Source: Trichosphaerium sp. ATCC 40318 (Eukaryota > Protista > Tubulinea). From it: a stretch of DNA of 64,000 nt. The notes below the pieces were generated by a model that worked only from the letters and a program-made list of their open reading frames with translations, was not told the origin of the DNA and did no database searches. The stretch is taken from the NCBI GenBank assembly GCA_038496445.1, contig JALMLS010000387.1, positions 1-64,000 of the forward strand, given 5' to 3'. Positions 43,011-55,123 of the stretch are shown piece by piece; the first letter of the stretch is position 1, and each line of letters begins with the position of its first letter. Position numbers and translations under genes: made by a program.

Positions 43011-43699
43011 AATAAACAAGTATTGCCCAAAAATCTGTAGCAAATAATTATCCTACCTAAACAGTATTTGGCGGATTCGTCACGTGTCTAACAGTGCATT
43101 CTTAAGCTTAAGTCAAACTGTAACTATTCACCTTACTATTGATATCAAGTACCAACATTCCAGGGACACTCAAGGTCATATGCTCGCTTGAGCTTCTCAT
43201 TATTAAAAAAACAGCGAGATTACTCATGTAGCAGGTTCTTGTGCTGGATTTAGCGAGATATAGTATACCATCACGTGATAAGCAAAGCGATGCAGTGTAT
43301 GTGAAGTTCCTTGGAAACCTTTATGGCTCTTTTTGACAAGGGCACGGAAACGTAAGTTCTAGTCATCAACTTGTTTGGGAAAAAAAAAAAAGTAAAAAAT
43401 TTGTGACTCACGGTTTTCCCAAAAGGTTAAGGCGAAAGAAGCAATTATAGCAATAGTAATTACCTTTCTCCCTTTTTTTTAAAGAAGTACTCATTTAATG
43501 TTCAGCCAACAAATCGTGTAATTGTTATTTTCTTGGTTAGAATAATCAAAAGTTTTGTTTTTGTTTGTTCTAGAAATGTACCACGTGGTTGCCAGGGACA
43601 TACAAAGCAATGTTCTGAAAATATTATTATCATAACAACATGCCTTAAAAAGAAATCTCCCGAACAATTGGCCCGCTAGTTTACCTTTAACTTCTCAAA

Positions 43700-44836
43700 A
43701 TGTTCAACACCTCCACTCTTTGTTGGCTCTTGTTGGCATGCCTTACACTTTGTTTAGCCCAAGGAAACGTAACATGTACTGGATGCGATACACTCGGTCT
43801 CAGTGGCACTCTACTAGTAGTTGGAAAGGTAGCAAACTCTTTGAGCTTCATAGACATGTCAACCGGCACAAACACGGGTCCAAATGGTAACATTACAGTG
43901 ACAGACGAACCCCACGAAGTCTCTGTCTCCAGGAATGGTAAACTCGCTGTTGTTGGTAACTACCGTTCTATTCCATCTTTCCTCACCGTTGTCGATGTCA
44001 GGAGACAAACGATTAGAAGGATTATCGATATTTTCCCAAACCAAGCACCTCATGGTGTTGAACTTATCTCTGGCAATAAGTTTATTATCACGTGTGAGGA
44101 AAGTGATAGTATTCTCATTATTAATGCAAGGCGTGGTAGAATCCTTCATACAATTGACACGAACGGGGCTAGAACACATTTAGTGAAGGTAGCTAATCGA
44201 CGTTTTGCAATTGCTACAAGCAAGTTTGACAATAATACTATCAGCCTTGATCTCCGAAGGAAAAAGGTTGTTGATTACTTGGCTACTGGCGCTTTTTCAG
44301 AGGCGATAGATATCTCCAAAAAGGGTTTGGAAGTACGCTGAACTGAAAAAAAAAAAAAGAAAAAAAAAGTTGTAGTTGACTTCACTCGCTTATTCGTGTT
44401 TTAGGGCAGCTTCCCTAGAACTTTTGGTGGCGTACCTGTTTGGATAGGTAATAGAGAAGATCAGCTACGCATCCTAGACCTTGACACAGACCTTAAATTG
44501 AGTCAAACCGATCTAATCGACTCTGATCTTACGCTCCCTATCCGCATCAAGATTGTTATCAATGAAGCATCAACACGTGCCAACAACGAAGAAGTTTGGG
44601 TTACCCAACCACGATCTGGTGGTGTAAGAGTTTACGATTCTGAGGCGCCTTATGATCTCATCGCTGTTATCGCAACTGGACCACGACCAATCGGTATTTT
44701 GGACATTGACTTCGAGTACATTTTAGTAGCTAACTCGATTGGTGGGACAATATCTGTTATTGATGTCGCTACCAAAGCAGTTGTAGCCACTCTATCTGGT
44801 TTTAGTGACCCTGACGGATTAGCATACATTCCTTGA
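43700..44836 (+). CDS. Secreted YncE/YVTN-type beta-propeller protein
   Basis: Signal peptide; blades such as EPHEVSVSRNGKLAVVGNY, APHGVEL and YILVANSIGGTISVIDVATKAVVATL..FSDPDGLAY. One intron at about 44334-44404. Confidence 0.82.
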
Positions 44837-45016
44837 AGTTAATACGAAATATGTAGCATCAAAAACATTTCATTTACGTAAAAGTGTCATTTGTACTTTT
44901 TTCAAAACATCCAGTCTTCCTCAAGCACATCCCTTTGATGGGCGTTCAATAAGTTGTATTACCTTTAATTTTATTCGTATTATTGTTTTGACTGCTGTTT
45001 GTTCATGTACATAAGT

Positions 45017-45747
45017 TCACTTCAAGTAGTGCCTAGTTTTGTAGTACTTATATTTCGCAAATCTGTCTATCATTCGCTTACCAGTCATTATCTCGCCACT
45101 AAAACTAATTCTCTTTATATTCTTAAAAGCCCTTATACCGTCTTTTGTGATATTAGAACTTCTTGAAAGACCAAGAGATTCTACACTTGCAAGAGACTTA
45201 TATCCTTCATCAGTAATCAAGCCACATCCATGTACATCAACTCTTAACAACCAAGAAGAAACTGCCTTTATGCCAACATCAGAGACTGCTGTATACCTGA
45301 CACTAAGCAGTCTTACACCTGCTAAAGGAATTATACCTTTATCAGTAACTTGAGTATCGTTCAGCCTTATATTAAAAACACCAGCAAGAGCTTGAATGCC
45401 CTCATCTGTAATCAATTGACAACTATCAAGACTTATTGTATGTACACCTGATAGTGCCTTTAGACCCGTGTCTGTAACATCAGTACGATCAAGACAAATA
45501 GCATGAACACCAGCGAGTGCTGTGATACATCATTTGCAGTTTGCATCGTTATCTTTGTGTTTTTCAAAATAGCCTTGTATTTTTTTACAGTATTGACATC
45601 AGAAGGCTTAATTGTAGCTTTATCATAACCCACAACATTATGTATTATGTCAGCGAGAAGCTTACACACTTGTGAAGCAATATATCGTTCTGTACCAATA
45701 AACAGTAGTATATGCGCCAATATCTCAGGTGGTAGGCTTAGCATCAT
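45017..45747 (-). pseudogene. F-box + GVHTI-LRR gene with a frameshift near 45530
   Basis: MLSLPPEILAHIL (F-box) is in one frame; LAGVHAICLDRTDVTDTGLKALSGVHTISL... continues in another. No usable intron at the junction. Confidence 0.75.
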
Positions 45748-45981
45748 TCGATGTCAAAAAGTAATAAGTAAGATCTCCTTAGAAGTCAACAGACTTCTGG
45801 GGCTTGAGACGGTCGATGACGAGGCAGAAATTCGAGTTGAGTGTGAGATTTTCGGGTGGTTACTATTACAATCGGAGTATCACGTGCTTTGATTTTTCCC
45901 AAAGCGCACATTCGACACAACTGTTTTCAACAAAAGTCTTTTTATCCTTTTTTGTGTGCACTCTAACCCGATTTACCCACT

Positions 45982-47629
45982 ATGGCAGCAAGAGTAAACA
46001 AGCAAATATTACTTACATCGTACGCAGAGCGTGAACCAAAAGCAACAAACTTCAAATATGTTGAAGTGGTAAGAAAGCGTATCAACTAGCGATTTAACGG
46101 TGTTTATAGCCTGTAGAGGAGGTTGCAGATGGCAAGGTGCTTGTCAAGGTCTTGTATCTTTCATTAGACCCTTATATGCGTATTAAAATGATAGATTTCG
46201 GCGGTAAACGCGACGGCTACTTCTAGTACGCGTTTTAAACACACTTTTCACCTTTTCTATAGTTTCTCCGTTAATCCTAAAAATTCTTCCTTAGCTCTCA
46301 TCCTTTGAATACACCTATGCTTGGTCAGGGTATAGGACAAGTTATAGAGTCGAAAAATGAAGCCTTTCCTAAAGGAATACTTGTTGTAGGCGGTTTTGGG
46401 TACGATTCTGTAATTACATTTTTTTTTTTTGAAGTTCAAAAAGTGGGACCTCTGTAACACGTGCTAGATGGCAAATGTACGCTATTTCAGATGGATCAGG
46501 TTTATACGCTGTAGATGACTCCAAAGTACCTGCGTCAGCGTTCATTGGAGTGCTGGGTGCATATTTCTGGGTTTTTTCAAGTTTTTTGGGTCTTTTTTGT
46601 TCTGACTTAACGTGTTAGGTCTTACTGGGTTTTCTGCATGGGTAGGTATGAAGTTTATTGGCGAGCCAAAAGAGGGCGAGACTTTAGTTGTTTCTGGCGG
46701 CGCTGGAGCTGTAGGAAGCGTTGTAGGTCAGCTCGGAAAAATTAAAGGTAACGATCTTTGTTTCTTTTTTTTGGATTGTGTTACTTCTAAGCACGTGATT
46801 TGATAGGATGTCGTGTTATTGGTATTGCTGGAGGCGATGAAAAGGTTAAATGGATGAAAGAAGTAGCTGGTTTCGATGAAGGCATGTTATTTAATGTTTT
46901 TTTTATTTTTTTTTATTTCACGTTGGATTTCCCACGTGATACTTTGTCGGCAAAGACCTGTGTGGGTTTATTTTGTATTTCTTAATCGGCAACGCCTCTT
47001 ATCAAACGAGGAACACTACCTTTGTTTCTTTAAAAAGAGCTTGATAGCTATCATTGATAGCTTTTTTACATTCGAAATACACTAACAAGCTCAAGGTATC
47101 AACTACAAGACCACTAAAAACTTAGCTGCAGCTATTAAAGAGCATGCACCAAAGGGAGTAGATATTTACTTTGATAACGTTGGAGGTATGTCAATACTAT
47201 AAAGGAAAACAAAGACCAGAAACTAATCGTTCACAAGGTGAAACTCTTGAGATAATGTTAGATCAAATGAACATGCTTGGTAGGATAGTTGCATGTGGTC
47301 AAATATCCCAGTACAACAAACCTCGTACTGAGAGTTATGGCGTCAAGAATACAATGAATATTGTTACCAAGGAACTGACATTCAAAGGTTTCTTGGCAGG
47401 TAGATACTACAAAGATCACCTTGGAAGTTTCATAAAGGTAAGTTAATCTTTGAAAACTGTTTTTTTGACATTGGTTTCTTAGCAAGCGTCTACGTGGATG
47501 GCAGAAGGAAAGCTTACGCATAAGGAAACTGTTGTAGATGGTATAGAGAATGCACCAGAAGCTTTTCAAAGATTATTTGAAGGAAACAAGTTCGGTAAAC
47601 TTGTAATTAACATTTCTCAGAAAGAATAA
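45982..47629 (+). CDS. NADP-dependent oxidoreductase (PTGR1/CurA, MDR family)
   Basis: YLSLDPYMR, GVLGLTGFSAW, ETLVVSGGAGAVGSVVGQLGK, GVDIYFDNVGG, GRIVACGQISQYN, GIENAPEAF...GNKFGKLV. One GC-AG intron at 46882-47095. Confidence 0.93.
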
Positions 47630-47840
47630 AAATGCACATTTCCGTTCTTCGCTTGTCTTGCTTACATTGCCGAAAAGATTCAGTATTAACTGCAACTATA
47701 CTAGTTCACTCCTCCAACAGTTAAGTGGCAAAGGAGTCAAGAGAGGAATCACAAGGTAGTTATCAACATTGGTTACACTCAAAACAATAAGGATAAGTAT
47801 AGCTTGGGGTGCAATTGCACAGATTTATTCATAGATAATT

Positions 47841-48610
47841 CTATGGGCATGTGACTGAGGCGCATTGCATTCGCCATATTCTGTCTCCCAAAGGTCCAGG
47901 CATACTAGATGAAAATATCAGCTTAATCAAACGAGCTTCCTTCTGTGTAACGTACCCCCAGATTGTTTGAAATCCAGTAACAAACGGTGTAGCTGCAGGA
48001 CATACGACGTCGCCTGTACCATAGAATCCTGGAGTTATGTCAAACATTGCTAGAGTGAAGTTAGCTAGACGTGGTCTAAAAGAGATAGCATACAGATCCA
48101 TGTTCTTCCAGTTGTGCTGCATGCAGTTGTTGCACGCCTCCTGAAAGTTAAACATGAGAATCTCAATAAAAGTAACTATTAATGGTACCTGCATCTGAAT
48201 GTGAAGGTTCTGTCATTACCTACCCACGTCCCACCAATTATATCTAGTGTTGTTGGTTAACCCTAAAAGACAACATTACTTTAGTACCATCAATGGCATG
48301 ACCGTCAGGGCAAGTGAAGAGAAAGTTATTGGTTAAAACAGAGGTAAAAGATAATGAAGGTCCTGAAAACACAACTCCATTTTCAAGCATCTCCAAGCGA
48401 AGCGCCTTGGTTGCCCAAGAGTATACGTCCTAGCGCCAGCCATAGCACCAATAGGACATGTACGCTGCCAGGCAAAAAGCGCTGGTGTTGTTAGACCTGG
48501 TGCGAAGTAAACTATAGCGTAAGTGGTCCTTTGAGAACAGTTATAGGGCGAAATCAACTTTGGACTTACGAAACGCAAACAAGAAGAGAAAGTACGTTGA
48601 TGAGGTGCAT
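47841..48610 (-). CDS. Small secreted Cys-containing protein, dermatopontin/haemagglutinin-like repeats
   Basis: Signal MHLINVLSLLVCV; three modules of the form CP.G...G......(D)RR(F/W).W.C (TCPIGAMAG..RRFAWRC; TCPDGHAIDG; VCPAATPFVTG...DRIWRMQC). Confidence 0.55.
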
Positions 48611-49558
48611 TTCTCGCAATAAATTGTCGTTATTGTTTTAAAACCACGTGATGTTCACGTGAATTCGCTAACCGTTTGTTAATCTTGCCAACAAAATGAA
48701 TAACCAGTGTTTGGCATGCCACAGCTATTTCAACCGTTTGTGGCTTTTCATTGAAGTGGCATAATATAAAGACATCAACTTGCTTCTTGGCTATAAAACC
48801 TAAGTTCAAGAAGTTACAGTACTGAGGTACAAATAGATGTGGTTTTGAAGAATTCGTTAAATTCCAAGTCAAGGCGACAAACCAAAAGGCAAATTTGGTT
48901 TCGGTTTCGGCATCTCACTCTGGTTCCTTTTCTTCCTCATCATCTTCAGGCGATGGAAAGAAGAAAAATTCAGGCGGCTTTGGATTCGGTCTGAAAGGAA
49001 GTGCCAAAAGGTTAGAGCCCAAAGTTGGCGGAGACGTCAAGGTCCACATACCAATCTGACAACTTGAAAATAAATAGCGCAGATTGTTTTCACAACAAAT
49101 AGACATGGTATACAAAAAAGTTCTGCAAGAAACTATGACTGGTATCACCATGATCAACTATTGTAAACGTTGACAGATAAGATATAGGTGGGGTTCATAC
49201 CGACGCCACAACGTCGTTGTGCTTGGACATATAAAAAGTCACAAGCAATATGGCATTTTAGTTTGTTTCTCTTCCAAAAACATAAGCTTGGTTATGCTAA
49301 GTTCGCATAAAATTATGAGTTTTCTTAGTGACGATTTGGTCGGCAACGTCCTGTAAAACCGCCAATTACGTACCATTTCTTAGTACAACAAAAGAGTGTA
49401 AGTGATTGTATGCGTAGAAAACTCAAAATTTTATACCCGTCAAAACCTGTCCCGTTTTAAATGAAACCCGACATGTTCTCTTAGTGTAGTGTACACAGTC
49501 GACTGTATCTGTTTACCCTGCTTGACTTTGTGGTTTGACTGGTTTGTTTTGTACATAC

Positions 49559-51579
49559 ATGCGTGAAATCATAAGTATTCAGGTTGGTAAATGTGGAAAT
49601 CACATTGGACAGAAATTTTGGGAGAATGTAAACGAAGAACACGGAATTAGCGTAAACGGCCGTTGTAAAGGTTCAGACGTACAAAAATCCAACTTAGAGG
49701 TGTATTATAACAATAACAACGCAAATCGATACGTTCCACGAGCAATTCTCGTAGATTTTGGTTAGCAGCTTCAAAAGTAGCCCTATAGTTATCTCATACG
49801 CTCGTTAGGACCTAGCGCGTTAGATGAGGTCCGATCGAGTGCGATAGGACGTTGTTTCAATCCACAGAATTTTATACATAATGCACATACCAGAACAGGT
49901 ACAAGCACACTTTTTTAGACTTGTCTTTGCTTTTTCTTTTTAAGCACGTGATAAGTTTTTTCGTTGCCATTAATTAACCTCAGCTTTCTAGGTGGTGTAT
50001 GGGCTTCAGGATATTATGTACGTTGTAGTTGTAGGAGCAGTCAGGAAGTGCAATCAATAGTTGCCTGTTACAAGTTTTAGTAGAGACCATACATGTTACA
50101 TCGGCGACAATTGTAGCTGCACTTCCGTGACTACAATGAACTTATACGGTGTTGTAACATTGAAATAGAATGATGGAGGAGAGCTGGTTGATGATGTTAT
50201 TGAGGCAGTAAGACGAGAAGCAGAATCTTGTGAGAGCCTTGAAGGATTTCAATTTTGTCACTCTACCTGTGGTGGTACAGGATCAGGTATGATGTTACAT
50301 ACAACAACAAAAATCAACAAAGCCATACTTTACGTGTACAATTAACTTGACAAAGGGATTGGAACTCTGATTATGAGTAAACTGAAGGAAGAATATTGTG
50401 ATAAGATGGTTGTTTCCTTCTCCTCGATGATAGCGCCTGACATGCATGCATCACAAGTTACTGAGGCATATAATGTGTATGCTTGTTAGGGTGTACAACT
50501 TGATTTAACATTATTTGCCTTAGTGTTCTTTCAATACAGCAACTTGCAGAAAACGCTGATTTAGTTGTTTGTTTTGACAATGATGCTTTATTTAAAGTTT
50601 GCTCTAGACACATTAACCCAAAAGATATTAACTTAAAGGATATGAATCACGTCGCAGCTTCTTTAATGAGCAATATCACATGTGGCTTAAGGTTTCCAGG
50701 TACACCACATAGTGTAATTATTAATTTTGTAAATGCGCTTTTGTAGGTTCAATGAAAACTGGGTTAAGAAGGATTGCAACAAACTTGACACCCTTCCGAA
50801 AGCTTCAATTTTGTATAGCGAATCATGTATCATTTCCACTATCAAAAATAGGTTCTTTAAAAGTAAATGCTCTACCTCAATTAGTACACGAAGCCTTCCA
50901 GGCATGTCAAAACATCATGACATTTTGAGTTGAAATGCTAACACCTGTTAGCCACAAAACTCTACAACTTGTTGTGACCCTATACAAGGGAAGTACTTGG
51001 CAGCTTATGCTATTTTCAGAGGGTATGGTTGCTCTTTTAATGTCACTATTTAAGATGTTGTGTAGGAAGACAATAAGTGTTTGTGAAGCAGAAAATCATA
51101 TTTCAAACTTTCATAAAAAGAATAGTAAGACGTTTGTTGAATGGATTCCAGACAACATTACAACATCTCACTGTAGTATAACTAGCCCTGGTATGCTTCT
51201 AGTCGTTTATTTATTCCTATCTCACCTTCATAAACAAATAGGTGATGCTATGAGCTGTACTTTATTCGGAAACTCAACAGCTATACAAACACTCTTCAAA
51301 AAAACAACCAAATACTTTGATGCTCTTTATAGAAGAAACGCTTTTATACATTGGTACGAAGGTACGTGTTTAACACTTTTCTCTAAACTAAATACCTTGT
51401 TTTATTTTGCAATAGATTTTGGCATACAAAAAGAAGAATTCAACGAAGCACGAGCAACCTTAAACGACTTAATAAATTACTATCAAATGTATCAAGAAGT
51501 AAAGCCACATACCTCACAGGATATAGATGATGAAGCGCATGAATATGATGAAGTTTGTTATACCAAAGAATCACAATAA
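49559..51579 (+). CDS. Highly divergent beta-tubulin
   Basis: [98 protein letters not shown]. About 9 introns including a GC-AG intron at 50902-50951. Confidence 0.93.
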
Positions 51580-51898
51580 ACTCATGCTATTGTACAGCCA
51601 AGGCGACTTCATCAATAGTCACCAATTTCGTGGAGTTTTGACTTCACATCGTTTGAGTACAAAGCTAAATGGTTTGAAGTCAACTTATGTCGATTCAGTA
51701 CATGCACGTGCTACAGCTATACAGAATTTTATGGCTTTTGTTATTAATATAGCTGTCGTGAAAGTGTAGCTGGAACTAGTACACGTAATAAAATAACTAT
51801 AAAATACAATCTTTCGAAATTGGACTATTTATGTCCATTTATTTAACATCAAAACGTTATCATGTATATTGTTTACATGGCGTTTAATGTACAAAGAA

Positions 51899-53206
51899 CT
51901 AATTACATTGAGCACCCAATGCAACAACAGCAGCTTTTGTACACTTTGTACCAACAATAAAAACTCTAAAAGCTCCTTCAAGAGCTGATATCCCTTTGTC
52001 TGTCACAAGAGAGCACCCCATTAATCTTATTGTATGAACACCCTCAAGAGCCCTTATTCCTCTATCTGTTATCTTGGTACACTTAACTAAGGATATCTCA
52101 TGTACACCAGCAAGATGAATAACACCTTCATCTGTGATTTCACTACAATCATTCAAGTAAATAGTATGCACTCCTGCAAGTGATTTCAATCCGTTATCAG
52201 TTACACCTTTACACCAACTCAAATCTATTTTGTGTACTCCTGATAAACATCCAAGCCATGAGTCTTGTATGGTTAAACGCTTCAAAGAGATGGTGTGAAT
52301 ACCAGCAGAAAAGGCTGATATTGAAGCAAGAGTTATTTCTTGACACCCACTCAAGTCGAGTACACTTGCACCAACAAGAGGTGTTATATCTTCATCTTTT
52401 ACAGTCAAATCGGATAAGATGATAGCATTTACACCTGATAGTTGTTTTAAATGTTCAACAGACACAAAGTCGCATTCAGAAATGTCAATTGTGTGAAGAC
52501 ACATTTCACCTGTTCTGTTTTTAGGTCTAGTCAAGTGTTCAAAACAAGAACCATCAATGCCTAAGCAACTAAACATAAGTATTGTGTGAGCTCCAGCAAG
52601 TGCTTTTACACCATTGTCAGTAAAGTTGCAAGAGCTGATATTTATAGTATGAACACCAGCAAGACATTTTAATCCTTCATCTGTGCAACGATAACAACCC
52701 GAAATATTTACCTTGTAAGCACCTGAAATAGCATCCAATGAATCATCTGTCAAATTACCTATACAGCCTATATCTATGGTATGTACACCTGACAAGAATT
52801 GTATACCTTTATCTGTAATACGTTTACATATGTATATATCTATTTCAGCAACACCAGCGAGTGCCCGAAGGCACTTATCAGTCACTGCCAAGCACCTTAT
52901 TGATAATTTTTTAACACCCGCCAATGAACTTATTTCCTCGTCTGACGCCTTATATTTCGTTACTGACACAAGAGTATTGTCCAACAGCGATTTTTTCTTG
53001 ATTAAACGCTTTAAGGACTCCGATGACCTTATATCTATTAAACCGTAACCAACGTGTCTGTGGATAATGTCATAGAACAGCCAACAAGTCTGAGCGACTG
53101 GATAGCGTGTTTTATTCGGAGTGTACTCAAAAATGCTAACAATGAGCTCTGTTGCTATTGTTTCAAGGAAGCAAGGATTTGTGCCATTATAGTGTACACT
53201 AGCCAT
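51899..53206 (-). CDS. F-box-like + LRR (GVHTI-type) protein
   Basis: LETIATELIVSIF...VAQTCWLF followed by about 15 repeats LAGVHTIxLxxCxxxTDxGxxxL. Intronless. Confidence 0.88.
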   Translation of the reverse strand: MASVHYNGTNPCFLETIATELIVSIFEYTPNKTRYPVAQTCWLFYDIIHRHVGYGLIDIRSSESLKRLIKKKSLLDNTLVSVTKYKASDEEISSLAGVKKLSIRCLAVTDKCLRALAGVAEIDIYICKRITDKGIQFLSGVHTIDIGCIGNLTDDSLDAISGAYKVNISGCYRCTDEGLKCLAGVHTINISSCNFTDNGVKALAGAHTILMFSCLGIDGSCFEHLTRPKNRTGEMCLHTIDISECDFVSVEHLKQLSGVNAIILSDLTVKDEDITPLVGASVLDLSGCQEITLASISAFSAGIHTISLKRLTIQDSWLGCLSGVHKIDLSWCKGVTDNGLKSLAGVHTIYLNDCSEITDEGVIHLAGVHEISLVKCTKITDRGIRALEGVHTIRLMGCSLVTDKGISALEGAFRVFIVGTKCTKAAVVALGAQCN

Positions 53207-53549
53207 TACCGCAGAGTAATAATCGGAATAGTGATTTGTAGGTTGCCTTAATGAACTAGTTAAGGACAGGAAACAAGTGCATTTAAACCTAGAGTGGGCG
53301 CTCAACTGCAATCTGCTGTCTCATTCAAATACAATTGGCTACACCCGCGAATCAGATGCCAAAAACTACAATACTGTACAAATGTTACCAATCATTGTAC
53401 TATGTGCTTAATCAACAAGTTCACGTGAGTTTTCAAAAATTTGAAAAAAAATACCAAACAGTTTGTTGTTGTTGGTAATTTATTATTTGACTCTAACTAA
53501 CTACTCCTGGTTTACTATTTTGTTTACAAAAAAAATACTGTACGACTTT

Positions 53550-54563
53550 TCAGAACACATAGCAAGTACTTCTCAATGAGTTCACACATTGGACTGTAAC
53601 AGCAGTATCATCAAGTGATATTACTGCAACACCTATGAGTGATTTGACACCTTCATCCGTTATGCCTTTACAGCTGGTAAGAAGAATGGTATGAACACCA
53701 GAAAGAGCTTTGAGACCTTCATCTGTAACTGACGTTCCAGAAAGACCAATAGTGTGAACGCCAGCAAGTGCTTTGACACCTTCATCTGTTATTGAAGTAT
53801 AATGGAGGTAAATAGTATGAACTCCAGCAAGTGCTTTAACCCCTTCATCTGTAACAGGAGTTCCAATGAGGATAATATCATAAACGCCTTTTAGTGCTAC
53901 AATACTTTCATGTGTTACTTTAGTGTATCTGAGGTTTATAGAGTGAACACCAGCAAGTGTGGATACGTCAGTTACTTGAGTATCAGCGAGGTTTATGCTA
54001 TAAACTCCAGTAAGATATTTGACACATTCATTTGTTACTGATGTGCCAGAAAGATCAATGGTATGAACACCAGATAGAGCTTTGACACCTTCATCTGTTA
54101 CTAAAGTGCCACAAAGACTGATTGTATGAACACCACAGAGAGCTTGTATACCTTCGTCAGTTATGTTCATGCACTTTTCAAGTCTAATCTTTTGAACTCC
54201 AGCAAGAGATTTAATACATTCATCTGTTACGGGAGTATCAATAAGATCAATGGCATGAACACCAAAAAACTGTTTGACAACAGCATCATAATCTTCAAAA
54301 GCTGTAAGTTTGACTATGGTATGTCGTAGAGTGGCCTGATGTTTTAATAGTGCAGTTGCTTGTTCAGTAGTCTTGATGGTAACTCTTTCATATCCAACAA
54401 CGTCATGAATGATAGAAGCAAGAAGAAAGCACGTTTGTGCAGCTGCAAACCGTGCTTTTGTGACGTTTCGTAAAATATGCGCTAAAATCTCGACAGGAAG
54501 GTCTAAAAGGCTCGTTGGTGAGGAGGGATGTATTGAAGCTAATTCTACAATTTTTTTTGACAT
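53550..54563 (-). CDS. F-box + LRR (GVHTI-type) protein
   Basis: LLDLPVEILAHIL...AAQTCFLL plus 11 LRRs. Intronless. Confidence 0.9.
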   Translation of the reverse strand: MSKKIVELASIHPSSPTSLLDLPVEILAHILRNVTKARFAAAQTCFLLASIIHDVVGYERVTIKTTEQATALLKHQATLRHTIVKLTAFEDYDAVVKQFFGVHAIDLIDTPVTDECIKSLAGVQKIRLEKCMNITDEGIQALCGVHTISLCGTLVTDEGVKALSGVHTIDLSGTSVTNECVKYLTGVYSINLADTQVTDVSTLAGVHSINLRYTKVTHESIVALKGVYDIILIGTPVTDEGVKALAGVHTIYLHYTSITDEGVKALAGVHTIGLSGTSVTDEGLKALSGVHTILLTSCKGITDEGVKSLIGVAVISLDDTAVTVQCVNSLRSTCYVF

Positions 54564-55123
54564 TGCGTTGTAAGCCCAATGAGCGCCACGAGATGCTATT
54601 AAGGTAGAAGCGTTAAGGAGGTATGATGTTTTGAAAATGCAGCCTGTACTTAACGTATTGAAACATCCAGACAATGTCGTAATGTAGGATTGAAATACTG
54701 CTACTTATTGTATTGCAGCGCTGAGACTTCTTTTTAAAAGGCCACTCCGATTTGTAGCACGTGACTTGGTCAAATCCGTAGAAATATTCTGTTATTAGTA
54801 AGCACATTTATATATTATATAAATCAACCTAAGAAGGTACGAGGATATCACATACTCCATGGCATACACAATGAAAAAATGGATTAATGTTACTAACACT
54901 ACTATCATGGCTTTGAGTGGATAAAGAATTTGACCTTGATGAAAAGATTTAATGGGACAAAATAATAAAGCTAGCTATCTGAAAAAGGATTGTTTAAAAC
55001 AATCTTGGCCAAAAGTCTATGCAAGTCCTACTAGTTTTGCATCCTAGGTGTTTAACCATTCTTTGTGTTATTTGTGTACCAGGACAATAAATATAAGTAA
55101 GGCATGTTAAATTAATGACACCG

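Noticed and set aside
44334-44440. Apparent non-AG acceptor before VWIGNRE in the propeller gene
   Set aside because: A normal TTTTAG acceptor at 44404 gives an in-frame exon (GSFPRTFGGVPVWIG).
48860-49260. Gly/Ser/Lys-rich coding-like fragment (SSSSSSGDGKKKNSGGFGFG)
   Set aside because: No clear start or splice model, and no recognisable family.
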